From Phoronis australis (taxonomy: Eukaryota; Animalia; Phoronida), in NCBI GenBank assembly GCA_002633005.1, contig NMRA01000614.1:158089-222088 (forward strand): DNA of 64,000 nucleotides. Direction: 5' to 3'. Below are positions 12,838-25,711 of the stretch, in pieces; within the stretch, counting starts at the first letter, position 1; every line of letters starts with the position of its first letter. Below the pieces are notes generated by a model. That model was not told the DNA's origin. It worked only from the letters and a program-made list of their open reading frames with translations, and ran no database searches. Position numbers and translations under genes: made by a program.

Positions 12838-13760
12838 GAACTTCCCCTTACATCTTATACACAAACAGCTTGACAAAGTCCGCTCAATTACTCGAAATGA
12901 ATCTTTAAGAACTAAAACTAAAGGCAATACTACTAATAGAATACCTTTCATAACTATGTTCAATCCATGTTTAAACGGAATTAGCCACGTCTTCAAAAAA
13001 CATCTTTCTACGCTGCATATTTCCCCTCAAATGAAAAACCTATTTCCTCATCCCCCTATAATTTCTTGGAGAAAATGTAAAAATCTAAAAAATTATTTAG
13101 TTAAAGCTAATATCGACAATATACACCAAACTGACAAACCTATTGGCAACACACAATGTAACAAAACTAGGTGTAAAATGTGTAACTTCATCAACGATAG
13201 CACTTTTTTCCAGTCTTCCCAAACCAATGAAAACTTTGAAATAAAACATTATTCTGATTGCACCACCAACAATATTATTTACCTTATAACTTGTAAAAAA
13301 TGTTCTATCCAATACGTAGGACAAACTCAACATAATCTACAAACTCGGTTTCGTAATCATAGATTTAACATAATACATAAAAACATTTCTGATACTATAG
13401 GTAATCATTTCAATTCCAAAAACCATAATATTCAAGATCTTTCTGTACAAATAATAGAAAAACTCCAACACCCCAGTACCCCTCACAGACTTAAAAGAGA
13501 ACAATATTGGATAGACAAACTGAATACAATAGAACCTCATGGATTGAACATAAAAACTTAAAATATGTCATTGAATTTTTTACGCAAAAATGTATCATTT
13601 TCATTACACCATATCTTATATGTCAATTGTCATTTCGTGTTTGATTTTACTTTATTTCTGTTTTTGTTGATAAAGGAAGTTGTTACATCCGAAAATTTCA
13701 AATTTCAGTTGATCCATTCTTGTTGTTTTATTTACCGATTTATATTCTTCATTTCATGAA
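12838..13760 (+). mobile_element. 5'-truncated Penelope-like retroelement (RT linker + GIY-YIG endonuclease, ORF to 13561)
   Basis: CxxxRCxxC linker, NIIYLITCKKCSIQYVGQT, RFRNHR, REQYWIDKL, PHGLN; abruptly AT-rich; located in an Erg intron. Confidence 0.92.
13657..13709 (+). ncRNA. Degenerate minimal hammerhead-ribozyme-like motif in the Penelope 3' region
   Basis: TTGATAA-aGGAagttgttacaTCC-GAAA-atTTC against the CUGAUGA-stemII-GAAA-UH consensus, about 100 nt after the ORF stop. Confidence 0.45.
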
Positions 13761-13953
13761 ACAATAGTATCCTTGGGAGGATCTGGATCGCCTTATTTAG
13801 CTTCAGATATATTTTCTACCTTGTGTAAATTAAAACACAGAGATAGTTCCCCCATTTCTAAAATGGTTTGGTAAAAACTATCAAATACAGGCATTATCTC
13901 CTGAGTTTGCGACATCACCATGTGTTTAAAGAAACCATTTGTTGCTCTTTCAG

Positions 13954-14109
13954 GTTGTCTTCGCGCACTGTCCTTGAAGTTCCGCACTACTCACGCGCCA
14001 CCTGGTGACACATTGATACATCCTGGAGACATTCTGACAGCCATTTATTTCATTGCCAGAGGAACAATCGAAGTGGTTGGCAAAACCGACGAGGTGCTTG
14101 CCATTCTTG
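13954..14109 (+). CDS. KCNH2: Erg-like channel exon: CNBHD
   Basis: [40 protein letters not shown]; phase 1-1. Confidence 0.95.
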
Positions 14110-15137
14110 GTAATGATTTGAAACGTTTTGGAAACAATATAAAATGTAGACGAAAAGACAAGAAAACTGTATTAAAAGATTTCTTCAACCAGGGGTAGGC
14201 TTACTTCGTGGCTTGGTTGGACTTCTTTGTTTACAGAAGTTCGTTAGAAAGTTTTATTTTGCCGGCAATTTTCACTATTTTTATCATAATCTGGGGAGTA
14301 ACAGCTCCTGCTGTCGCACAGACTAATGCACTTGGTTGCTTAATCTTTGACAGTTAATCACGTGTAATATCACAAGGGTGACAAAAAATCTTTCCCTGAA
14401 CTTTTCACAGTTGCAATCGCTGCGACATCTGGTGGATTACTTCATCGGAGAGCAAGCAAAAAAGATGAGATTGTCAGATGCGAAATTTTTTGCTGTGATT
14501 AAAGATTATAACAATTATTTCGAGACTCGTTTATGCGTTGAAAAATTGAAAGAGCGTGCTTCTCGTGGTTGAATTATACCTGTTTTAGCAACATTGAGTT
14601 GTGGTGTATGACCTATGCAATATAGAAGCAACCAAGAATTATGCCTCACCTACTTATACCACTACGGCCGCCGACACATAGACTGGCCAGTCAGAATCCC
14701 CTCAACAAAATACACAGTAATAACGAAATATTTCCTTATTGCTAACATGCCAACAGTATAGCAGTCGTCAACCATTACCTTTTAAGAACTTGATTACTTG
14801 TAGTCGATTGAAACATGGAAAATTGACAGTTCTGGAATTTGTGATTTTGAGCCAAAGAATGGCAAGATTACCGTTTCTGGGTCAAACTTTCCAATAAGGT
14901 ATCGCGTACTTCTTTGTTCGAGTATTAACATTTTAAAAAGCGTTTGCGTATTTTCTCTTTCATCGTTTATCGATGTTGACTTACACTGACAATGGATCTT
15001 GAAAAAATCGTTTGTGATGAATATTGTAAACGACGCTTAACATCTCTTGTTGCTTGACATCGATTCAAGTGTTTTTCTTGCTTGATGGTTGGGGTTAACG
15101 ATATCGACCAAGTCTCACTGCAGCGTTATCTTTTCAG

Positions 15138-15331
15138 GTAAAGACGACATTTTTGGTCAAAACGCCGACGATCTAGCAAGCGTTTCTAAATCTAACTATT
15201 CTGTTCGTGCGCTGACTTACTGCGATCTGAACAAAATAGAACTCGACGATTTAGAAGAAATTCTTGACACATATCCTGAATTTGCGAAATCCTTCAAGAA
15301 GAAATTTACAATCACTTTTAATCTTCGCAAG
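15138..15331 (+). CDS. KCNH2: Erg-like channel exon: CNBHD end with intrinsic-ligand FNL
   Basis: GKDDIFG...VRALTYCDLNKI...ITFNLRK; AAG|GTgagt donor. Confidence 0.95.
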
Positions 15332-17896
15332 GTGAGTAAATAGGCAAAGAAATTTGTGTACTTTCGTAGCCGCGCTTATAGTGAAGAGTACACGCAGCTT
15401 TCTTGTTAAAGCTTTCCTTGCTTGCCAGAAAACTCTTCTTATATATGTCACATAGTAATATCTGTAGTCGAGAAGAGTCATTGGCTCAAGATCCTGTTTT
15501 TATAATTGGTTTTGAACAAGTATTGATTGGTTCAGTAGAACAACTATTCGAAACAGCTTGCACTGCTGTTTCAAGCGTTTCTTGCAAGACAAGGAATGCA
15601 TCGAATGTCTGAAAAGAAAGCGTTTATTTTGGTATCTGTAAAATTTCACCCTAGCTTATAGGCTATAAAAGCTTCTTAGAAATCGGAGTTCAATTTCCAA
15701 TCTCCGAACTGGAACTATAAGCCCAACATCATTTTGTAATAATATGTTCCACTCAAAGATAGCGAGCTCAAGAAGTGTCCTTGATTCTGTGCAAGTACTT
15801 TATAATTTAATCAGATGAGTGTCCATTATCTAAGTAATGTTTCATGAATTTAGGGGTCATCGAAATGTGAACGTAGGTGAGATACGATAATTCTTTACTT
15901 CTGCCGCACAAATGAAGACCGAATTGCAATTACAAAGTATTTTATGACATCTTCGCAGTACAAATCAAGCTCATAATGGAATAAGTTCTTTCCTCAATCT
16001 TAATTTTCGTTGAAATATTTACGAAATTGATTTTTACTTGACAACCATACCGTAGTATGTAGATGGAGAATTATGGTACTCGTCTGCGTAAATCTTGCCG
16101 TACTGAGTGCAAAATCAAAAACACTAATTATAACCGTCTGGCTGATGTTTTCAACCACGGAAATTGTCTGACAGTCTATAATTTTGATAAAGTGAATTGA
16201 GTAGTAAGTGTCGCAGATATTTTTAAGTGGTTACTAGAAAAGTTAATCTAGTTCAATTTATGAGGGCCATTCTCATAGCTACCTTGTACACACCCATCAG
16301 AACGAACCTGCCAGATGACCATTTCCTAGCATTGGGATACCCATGGATCACTGTGGTATCAAAGAAAGTTTGTTACCTTTTCATGTCCCAAAACACCCCC
16401 GGGATCCCGCCTCTTGTTCAGTAACGCTAGGCCGGGCCTCGCCAAAAAGCAAGACTTCACGAAATTACGTGAGATATTTTATTTAAGTGAGAGCACGTTA
16501 GCTAGGTCCTAGCGTAGGTCGTAGCGTTACGTCAGGTATATTAGCTCGGCCTTACACTTCGAAAAGAAGATGTAAAAGCTAAGTTGGACTTCTAGTTCAA
16601 TTTTTGAGATACGATTATGAACAGGGTAGTATACGCTCGATCATGACCACGTGACTTTTGCTGAAGGGAGGTCTTGCGTCATTTGCGTCAAGTCATAAGT
16701 TTGCGGTGTTTGATAATATGACTATTGCCTTAGGGACATCCCGTTTCACACGATGGCGAGTGCCGAATGTTTCGATTTAAATTTGCGACGGAATGTAGTT
16801 AATAGGTTCATTCTAAGGGACACGGTCGGAAAAAGTTAATTGTCCACGTCTGGGCACTAAAACATCGCGCATAGCTGTGGCATCATCGTTAGCTTCTTAC
16901 AGCATTCAAAGTCTTTCGTTAGAAATTTTTTTGAATTTTTATTATCCATACAGACGTCAGTGAGAATAAGCCCCGTTGGTCTTAGCCAAAACATGTCGTA
17001 TTCCCATACAAGCTTGTTGCATGCTCTTTGCGCTTAAAGTTGCTTTTTCTTTCATCGCAATAACAGCCTCACGAGGACACGGTAAGACTGCGTGTATCTT
17101 AAATTTACTCACTTCACTTGTTAAATAATACTTAAGAGTTTTAGTTAGGAAAACAGTTTGTAGCGTTTATATCAATTACCCAAAGGAAACTATGTGACAA
17201 GGAACAAGATTGCTGTGTTTTACAAACCTTGTATTATTACATACCATGCGTTATAAACTTCGCTAGTTTTGAATCAGTAATTGTAATGAAAAGCTACGAA
17301 TTGTTTTTGAAATTAATTCCCCGGTATTCGCACATTGTACTTGGACCTTGATCCATTCCCTGCACACCATCAGCTCCGACAGGGGGAGCAGTCCTTCACA
17401 CCTTCGTAATTCATGTACGTCTTTACTGAGCACGACTGCTCATGTTACGTCACTTGATGTGCGTGTAAATTTATGTTTAATGTTAAACATGGGTTTACTA
17501 ATTTTATGCAGTGTATACATTCAGTTTTGGTTTTCCATCTTGTCACCCTGTGTGTGTGTTTGCTCGAGGAATCTTCCAATGGGTTTTTGTGTCAAAGTAG
17601 TATGTACAAAATAAATTTATTTTGTTTTTTAATCGGTTGCACTCATTCAGTTTGCATTTGTGCACGAGAAAAAAGAAGATTTTTTTACGCGCCATCAATA
17701 TGACTCTAGACTTCTTTTGCATTATTTCGAGAATTGATAAAGATATAAGTGATATTGTGAACATACGAAAATTAGAGGATAAAATGATTGTATATGTTTT
17801 GATCAATAGTTTTCGAGTGGTCATTCATAAAGGAAAGATGGAAATGGTTTATCAAGTCTTGGTTTCGTGTTATGTTACGTCATTTCTTTTCTCAAG

Positions 17897-18026
17897 GGTG
17901 ATTTCCAGCAGCGGACGACACCAAATAAAATGGACGAAGAGACGCTCAAATTCATTAGACAAAAACAGCCAAAACTACAGTTCAAAAAATCATCCTCATA
18001 TGACAGCGAAAGTCCATTTGAAAAAG
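17897..18026 (+). CDS. KCNH2: Erg-like channel distal C-terminal exon
   Basis: Pyrimidine tract + aAG, open GDFQQRTTPNKMDEETLKFIRQKQPKLQF..., G|GTgggt; phase 0 to 1 fits the chain. Confidence 0.75.
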
Positions 18027-18137
18027 GTGGGTTTTGCGCATTTAGACGTGAATGGAGCATATTTAGGGTATTTTTAATTGCTCAGTCTTAGCAAGAACTT
18101 GGTTAACAATACAGTTCGCCTTATCTTCGTCGAAAAT

Positions 18138-18294
18138 CAGTGCTGTAGTGATAAAATTAGAGGTAAGTCTGCGCCCAAAGCCCACCGTATGACCTTGAGC
18201 ACTTAACGTGACTTACGGTGCGTAAGGCGCTACGTTCAAATGCCAAAATGTGGTTGGCTGTGCCTACGTGCGCCTACGCCCCACTACAGCACTG
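18138..18294. mobile_element. MITE with 13-bp TIR cagtgctgtagtg
   Basis: Perfect inverted 13-mer at both ends. Confidence 0.55.
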
Positions 18295-18814
18295 TTGAAA
18301 ATAAAAGAAAAACGTCGCGGCACCAATCTCATTCGGTTTTGAAGTCTTCTTTTGCTTTCGCCATTTTCACCGAACAATCATGAGCGGACGCGCATGCGTG
18401 GCCCCCGTCAACGACGTGCAGTGCACATGACTTGCTTTCTTGAATCCACAGTGCCTGTTTATTCGTAAATGATAAAAGCCTAGATTGCATAAAGCGGCAC
18501 AGCGAAAGGTTTGAAAAACAAAATTGTGGTTGCTAAATGCCAAAATACAGTAAATACGAAAATACATGGTCACTGCTTGAGAACGACTTGAATTGATGTT
18601 GTACGGTATGTGTTTCGTCTCCAGCTATCTCTTTTGACACATAAAATGTTGTCTTCATAACTACACGAATACATCAGCTCTAAGTTTATAGCTGGAATGA
18701 TGGCGACGTTTCAACGTACGAAAAACGGGACGAATGGAATTTAATTGGCTGTAAAACGACGGTATTTTAATAATAAAATTAGGCTGAAACTCTGAACATC
18801 TTGGTTATTTATAG

Positions 18815-19024
18815 AATACGAGCCAAAGCATCAACAGAAAAGCAGCGTAACTCGGCAGGCGCAACAACCACGAGTTCCGGACAACTTGAAACGTCGTGGA
18901 ACAGTCGATATGTCGTCGGACGAAGAGGATGCCGAAATAGTCGAACTATCGCCTGAAAAGGCGACGTCAACATACGAACCGGACGTTCTCTTACGCAGGA
19001 AAAATTCGATGAATTCAATTGCAG
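18815..19024 (+). CDS. KCNH2: Erg-like channel distal C-terminal exon
   Basis: tttatAG acceptor, 210-nt open phase 1-1 segment containing KRRGT and RRKNS basophilic kinase-type motifs, G|GTacga donor. Confidence 0.75.
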
Positions 19025-19460
19025 GTACGAGAATGCCACGCTCTTAAAATCTAACATGATGCCTTGCGTGAGATCTTGAGTTCGTTGCGTTCAAATTTAC
19101 GACATAAAAACTGTCCAATCGTTGACGTAGCCAACAGTAAAGAGCATAGATTCAGCATAGGTGTATTTCTTGAATGCAGGGAGATCGCAAAGTCTTATGC
19201 AATGCATCTTCACAGGTTTCTTACATCACTTTCTTGAAGAAAGTAATGTTCTGAATCTCCGTTATGTGAGATTAGAATTTAGCAATGACAGAACTGACAA
19301 TGGGGTTTTGAAAGTACATTATGAAGCTTTCTTTTTTCATTAAAAATACTTCTATTTCAAACTCAGTTGGCAATGTTTTTATGGCCTAAAACAAACAGTA
19401 AACGAAAGATCAGATCAAAATTTGTCTTGTGCTTCGATCGAATAGGATTAAGCTAAAACA

Positions 19461-19736
19461 GGCTACCCGAACTACACGGCACTGTAACTGATTCGGCTCT
19501 ACTGACATAAAAACAACCTCCCCCCACATACAAACGGCTCACTGACTCACATGACTGAGCTGAGAACAACGTGCATGACTCAACGAAGAGTGCGTTGGGC
19601 GAGTTTACAGGTGATCGAGTCGTATTTGCCATCCAAGAAACGCGTTTTGGTTGCAGTCGTTCATGTGCGTCAGTGAAACACTCCACTGAGTTCGCGAGCC
19701 GTTTGATTGAGCAAGTGCAGTGTTGTTCGGGTAGCC
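19461..19736. mobile_element. MITE with ~23-bp TIR ggctacccgaac
   Basis: ggctacccgaactacacggcact / agtgcagtgttgttcgggtagcc. Confidence 0.7.
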
Positions 19737-19871
19737 GCTAAACGCAAAAGTGTCGCAAAATAACATCAATATACCGTAGGCCTATACAAGGAATAAAAAA
19801 ACTATTGGTTTAGGAATGAAGATAGAATTCTCATACTGAACACGCACACTCAAGGCAAATGTTCATTTTAG

Positions 19872-20265
19872 GTGCACTGTCGAGCGTCATAAGTGCCGTC
19901 TCGGGTCAACGTAAAAAAGGTCCGCAGGCGATGCAAACGCGTTCCTTTTATCCAAAGTCAACACATCTACAACGGGGCGCCAGCGTCTTCAGTGACGCCG
20001 TGATTCAGCCTCAGCAACCGTCACCGTTAGAGCTTAACGAACTGCCTAGTCCACGCGCTGCAGAAGTACAATACCTCCAGCCGCCGCTTACCACATCAGC
20101 CTCAGCCTCTAGCTCATCTTCACACATACCAAAGTCTTGCTCCAACACGACGGGTCCTCTGTCTGGCCACTCGCCTGTAGAGTATGATGTGGTTCATGGT
20201 CACCCGGAAAAGTGCAGCATTAGGTCCTTCAGCGACATCGACATCCGACTGGAAGCTATCAACGA
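19872..20265 (+). CDS. KCNH2: Erg-like channel distal C-terminal exon (S/P-rich, start of coiled coil)
   Basis: ttttAG acceptor; ends SDIDIRLEAIN, GA|GTaagt phase 2. Confidence 0.85.
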
Positions 20266-20322
20266 GTAAGTAAATCAATGATATTGAAAATGTCGCCGCC
20301 TTTGTCACGCAAGACTGGTAAC

Positions 20323-20537
20323 CGGGCACGGGTCCAGGTGGGTTCTATGGTACCTGAACCATGGGCGGCGCACCTTCGGGGGCTGGGGGCTATAGCCTAC
20401 ACTTATTTCAATGCTGTGCCGCCCATCGTCGGGTCCCCTCTACTCGGCCACTTTTGTATTGATGCAATGGAGGCATACTAAGTGCCCCTTGTCAGTCCTT
20501 TGACAAACCTATAATGATGATCCTGGATCCGCGTCTG
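20323..20537. mobile_element. Diverged GGATCCAGG-type MITE with a nested CATGG mini-MITE (~20360-20427)
   Basis: cgggcacgggtccagg / cctggatccgcgtctg ends; internal catgggcggcgca...tgtgccgcccat. Confidence 0.55.
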
Positions 20538-20857
20538 GTTACTGTGAGCATTTGAAGGCTGGAGTTGAGTAGTCCAATATTTTATACTTTTGGGAACTCA
20601 AATAAATAGAGTTTTGTGACGACGAACCAGATGGACCACAGAATGTTTACGAATAAAACAAAGATCCCAGATCGATTAATTGCTCACAAGGGAGGATACG
20701 TCCAGACAGTGTCATTTTTGTTTGATTTACAATTTTTGTTAGCTTATTGTCAGTGCTGAAGTTCTTGTGGCCGATCTAGTGTCAGGAATGGATCTGGACT
20801 GTTTAGAAAGTTCAAACAAGAGCCGTGCGGCAGCAATGATATTATTCGATATTACAG

Positions 20858-21152
20858 GAGAATGAACAACTTTGAGAACAACTTGTGCACGACAGTCGAC
20901 GCCATTTTGGAGATTCTGGGTCACAAGCCACAGATAATTCGAGAACAATTCCTGCAGCGTACAACGCGTCCTAAAGTTTTATTTAGTGACTCTCTTCTCA
21001 CGGCAGCGCCAAGCTCGAGCGTTGGCACGGGAACGCCGTCCAGCGCGAGCGAGGTCACTGTTGCTCAGCGTTCACCTTCAGACTGCATAATGACAATACC
21101 GCATCTCGTGAAGTCTCCAAGCGAAACTAGTGGCATCCTGAAACGGTATTAA
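20858..21152 (+). CDS. KCNH2: Erg-like channel last coding exon (tetramerisation coiled coil, stop)
   Basis: Joined DIDIRLEAINERMNNFENNLCTTVDAILEIL resembles hERG [31 protein letters not shown]; TAA at 21150-21152. Confidence 0.85.
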
Positions 21153-22812
21153 TTCTCTTTACGAACATGTGCTGAGTCGAATTACGCCGTTGAAGGAGAT
21201 CGAAGCCGCGAATGATGGTCCTCAAAACAGATAAAAAATTCCAACTACAATCATGAAGAGTTGCCAATTCTTTCTTTGATCGTGTTCATCTGTATCTCCA
21301 GGAAACTACTCACTTTAATCAACAAGGATTTAGATTACAATACGCACATGTTATTCAGTCAACCATTCGTTACCAGTTCCAGCCAAATACCGATGACTTT
21401 GGTTATCATGTTATTTCAGTTTTAGGTTGAAGACCCGAAAAGTTTAGTTGATTCACACATCAGTAACAACTAAGATAAATTCGAAAGTGATGGCTATATG
21501 GAACGTGATATACAACTGTATCTTCAACCATCTTTTACTGTACAAGTTTCAGTTGAAATGATGATCAGAATCGTTCGGTTCTCGATTATACAGCATCCTG
21601 GTGGTATGGAATGACGAGTGGACTTTTGTCTCGTTTTCTACTTTTTTCCGATTTATTTGTTTCTCCGAGGCGGACCTTTTTGCCCGCTTCGCCATATGGG
21701 GGCTCGTCTCGAGCCAGCCTGGGTGGGCGCATGCGAGTTCGTTCCTAAATGCATATTCTAGATTAGTTACTCCACCTCGCCTCGTTTTCTTAGATATACT
21801 CGGGAGATTAAGAAATGATACGTTGGCTGTGCCTGCTGCGGCACTGCCGCGTCGGCCATTTTGGCGGCGTCCAGGTAACAACGAAAGAGTAGGAGGTCAC
21901 CGCCTCGACTCGATGTCAGTCAACTTTGCTTGGTAGTATTTGTAGGAATGGGCGATTAGTGATAAACAGGTTTTAAATTGTAGCTTTCACCTCAAGTGAA
22001 AACTAGTGATTTTAAGAACCCTGTCATGCGTTTTTGGCTGTAAAACCGACTGTGTCCCTTTAAAGGTCGAATGCCGGCATGAGGTATAACCTGAAAATTC
22101 ATCGGATGAGTCGTAGAAAGGGTTATACAACTGAAGTAGCGTGTGCTCGTTACAAATAGCAATCTGCAGGTCATTATATAATCAGTACGTTACATCTTAT
22201 ACTTTATTCATGAGCTCACTTTTGGAATTAAGTCAAAAAAATGGAAATTCAAACTAAGCTAATCGAAAAATATAATGTGAAATTCAATTCATCAATATTT
22301 ATATTGTCGTAGAAGAAAAGCGAGTTGTATCTCATTTCGTATACTTGCTAAAATCCTCCATGTCGAGAAAAAATGAAGGTCCCTGGTCGGCGCTCATAGG
22401 TGTACTTCAAAATTCTCTGTTCATACTCTTTACCTCTGGTGTATACTTCCCTCTAAATTTAGCACTACACCACTAGGACTTATATGATTTAGTACAGTGT
22501 ATATAAACTTGTATTTTGAGCAGACTGAAGTGTTTTTTGTTAATCACGACTGTCTTTAAAAGTGACATCCCAGACAAATATCGTACTGTGCTAGCAAATT
22601 CCCGGCGGAGCGGGATCGCGTATATGGTCGTTTTTCCGTAAACAAATGTTATAAATCCCCATTGTTTCACGGGGAAAGAATACAGTGTTTAGTTAATAAT
22701 GGTCTGTAGGACAATTGGGCTGCCTGTGTTACGTTTTAACTTGTGCATTGAAGTATACTTTGTGCACTTGGTTTTGTTTGATACGATTGTTTTGATAAAA
22801 TGAAAAATATAA

Positions 22813-22818
22813 AATAAA
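22813..22818 (+). promoter_or_regulatory. Possible polyadenylation signal of the Erg-like gene
   Basis: AATAAA about 1.7 kb after the stop codon; position-based inference only. Confidence 0.3.
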
Positions 22819-22963
22819 GACCTCAATCGCATGTGTTATGACTGAAGGTTTGATCTGAAAATACAAGTAAAACAATACCTTTCCATTGCACATTTATTAT
22901 AAACCTCTCTTTCAATTATAAATATGTAAATCTTAAACCAGGGTGGAAATATAGATCCCAAAC

Positions 22964-23973
22964 CAGTGGCGGATCTAGGATATCACAAGGGGGGGGCCCA
23001 ACATTTTGTCCGGCTGTAAGCATTTGCGCAAACTGAACCACGATTGTAGATGCGCATAGCACCGAATGGGGGGAGGTCGGGAGGGGGGTTTGCCCCCCNN
23101 NNNNNNNNNNNNNNNNNNNNNNNNNNNNNNNNNNNNNNNNNNNNNNNNNNNNNNNNNNNNNNNNNNNNNNNNNNNNNNNNNNNNNNNNNNNNNNNNNNNN
23201 NNNNNNNNNNNNNNNNNNNNNNNNNNNNNNNNNNNNNNNNNNNNNNNNNNNNNNNNNNNNNNNNNNNNNNNNNNNNNNNNNNNNNNNNNNNNNNNNNNNN
23301 NNNNNNNNNNNNNNNNNNNNNNNNNNNNNNNNNNNNNNNNNNNNNNNNNNNNNNNNNNNNNNNNNNNNNNNNNNNNNNNNNNNNNNNNNNNNNNNNNNNN
23401 NNNNNNNNNNNNNNNNNNNNNNNNNNNNNNNNNNNNNNNNNNNNNNNNNNNNNNNNNNNNNNNNNNNNNNNNNNNNNNNNNNNNNNNNNNNNNNNNNNNN
23501 NNNNNNNNNNNNNNNNNNNNNNNNNNNNNNNNNNNNNNNNNNNNNNNNNNNNNNNNNNNNNNNNNNNNNNNNNNNNNNNNNNNNNNNNNNNNNNNNNNNN
23601 NNNNNNNNNNNNNNNNNNNNNNNNNNNNNNNNNNNNNNNNNNNNNNNNNNNNNNNNNNNNNNNNNNNNNNNNNNNNNNNNNNNNNNNNNNNNNNNNNNNN
23701 NNNNNNNNNNNNNNNNNNNNNNNNNNNNNNNNNNNNNNNNNNNNNNNNNNNNNNNNNNNNNNNNNNNNNNNNNNNNNNNNNNNNNNNNNNNNNNNNNNNN
23801 NNNNNNNNNNNNNNNNNNNNNNNNNNNNNNNNNNNNNNNNNNNNNNNNNNNNNNNNNNNNNNNNNNTAATTAATAAACTCACCATTTCCCTACGCTCTTA
23901 CTGTTTTATTTTTTTGCGGCAGCCAAGGGGGGGGGCCCGGGCCCCCTGGGCCCCCCCCCTAAATCCGCCTATG
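22964..23973. mobile_element. CAG(G/T)GGCGGAT MITE spanning the assembly gap, TSD CAAAC
   Basis: cagtggcggatctagg / cctaaatccgcctatg; CAAAC at 22959 and 23974; N gap 23099-23866 inside. Confidence 0.75.
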
Positions 23974-23977
23974 CAAA

Positions 23978-24440
23978 CGGACATTTTAAGTCTGGTGTGC
24001 ACGTCATCTGTTGGCCACATCACATCACCTAGAGACCCAAGTCTAAAAAGATTTCTGCCTCATCTGGGACTCGAACGCGGACCTTCTGCTAACCTCGCAG
24101 AAGGTCCCGAGCTTAAGATTTACATATTTACACACTCTTAGGAGTTACAGAGTGGAATGCCCACTACTAAAGTCTGATTGGATTTATGTGTTTGGCCATG
24201 GAGAAGGTCCTTGGGCCTGAGGTTTACTTAGTTATATGGTACACTTAAGTGTTCAAGGGAGGGTTGTCCATTACCAAGTTTGATTGAATTTCTGTGTTTG
24301 ACCGGCGTTCCCGATGGCTCAGTGGACTAGCAGAAGGTTCCTGTTTTCAGTCCTGGTCGGGCAAAAACCTTGACAGACTTATATTGATTAGGTCACCTGA
24401 TGTGGCCAACAGATGGCGTGCAGACCAGACGTAAAATGCG
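23978..24440. repeat. Inverted pair of ~115-bp SINE-like repeats with tRNA-type boxes
   Basis: 23978-24095 is the reverse complement of ~24325-24440 (catctgttggccacatca core); GTTCGAGTCCC B-box on -, TGGCTCAGTGG A-box on +. Confidence 0.65.
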
Positions 24441-25543
24441 ACTTCTTTCAAACAACAGTGTTTATTGCAACTTAACATCAAATCATAGTTCAAGTCCAAG
24501 ACAGTAATTCAGTATACAAAAATTAGGCAATAATTGCATTTACTCACTTTACTTTAATTCTAACATGTATCAGTCAATTGATTTAGTTAAAAACTGCATT
24601 AATTAATTTAGTTTCAAAGCTCAACAACCTTCTGACAAGTAACCGACCAAATTTAATCAGCAGATGTTTCATGTCAACATATCAAATAAATCCTTAATAA
24701 TACCAGAAATGCGTGGGAAAATGTGCCAAATATTTTTATCATATTAAGCACAGAATGAGTCAGAATGTATGACTCCACATTCACTAGAAACAGAAACTAG
24801 TTCATCAGCATTGGGGTGTTCATATTGAAAAGAGACCACAATAAACTCGGCCTTTTCACAACACCATGTATTGCATCAATAGATTTGTAAAATCCCAACT
24901 GTTGTCGAGGGGACTGTTTATCAGGAACTCAGATCAAAGTTCCTCCTGTGTGGAGTAGACCAGCAATGGCATCAAAGCACAAAAATATTGGCTAAAATAC
25001 ATTGATGTATCGAGGACTAAAACTGGTGATTTTTTGACCTGCATGGGTTATAAAATTGAATTATTCATAAACAAATGAGACAGGGACATTTTTACTCAGA
25101 ACATATGACAAAACAAAAGCAAAATTGATACGTTAGGTTTTTGTTCTCCAGTACCTGGTGATGAATGGACTTAGTAATTTTTTAAAAAATGGTAGATAAT
25201 TGGCCTTAGTAAGTCAGGATGCAAACGAGTACCAGAACCCTTAACGATGGACGAGATTGATATTTGGATCTAGCTTCGACTTAGAAAATGCACAAGGACT
25301 TTTTTAATGCCGAATGGTTTTTGATGGATTGAAGCATTTCTACATAAGGTTGAATCCAGCCTTGATTTACAAAATGGTGTCTTCTAGAGTTGAAATCACA
25401 CACAAAGTTTTTTGGAATGCCACATGGTTTTTCCTGAATGCACGCATTTCTACAAGAGGTACGATCCATGCTTAACTAGCAACACCTACAATAGAGTGAA
25501 TTTTGACTTTTTATTTAACAGTTATCCTAACAAAGGCACTTCG

Positions 25544-25711
25544 TCAACTATCTAATTTACATGGCCATCCCCTAACATCCATAATCCATGATGTCAAAAT
25601 GTGAGGATCGACATTTTCTGATAACCGTTCTTCTCGGGCAGCCAGGTCATCTTTCAACTTGGCAATTTTTTCAGTGGCAAAATCGTAAAGAGCCTCACGA
25701 CACAGGTCACC
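25544..25711 (-). CDS. RlaP-like NTase gene last coding exon
   Basis: GDLCREALYDFATEKI...LTSWIMDVRGWPCKLDS*; tgcAG acceptor, TGA at 25546-25544. Confidence 0.88.
   Translation of the reverse strand, partial: GDLCREALYDFATEKIAKLKDDLAAREERLSENVDPHILTSWIMDVRGWPCKLDS

Noticed and set aside
21549-21936. Overlapping 110-111 aa ORFs on both strands
   Set aside because: Located in the presumed Erg 3' UTR in a GC-richer patch, with no motifs or splice support
22983-24141. Long ORFs (267-363 aa) in the ORF track
   Set aside because: Artefacts of translating the N gap
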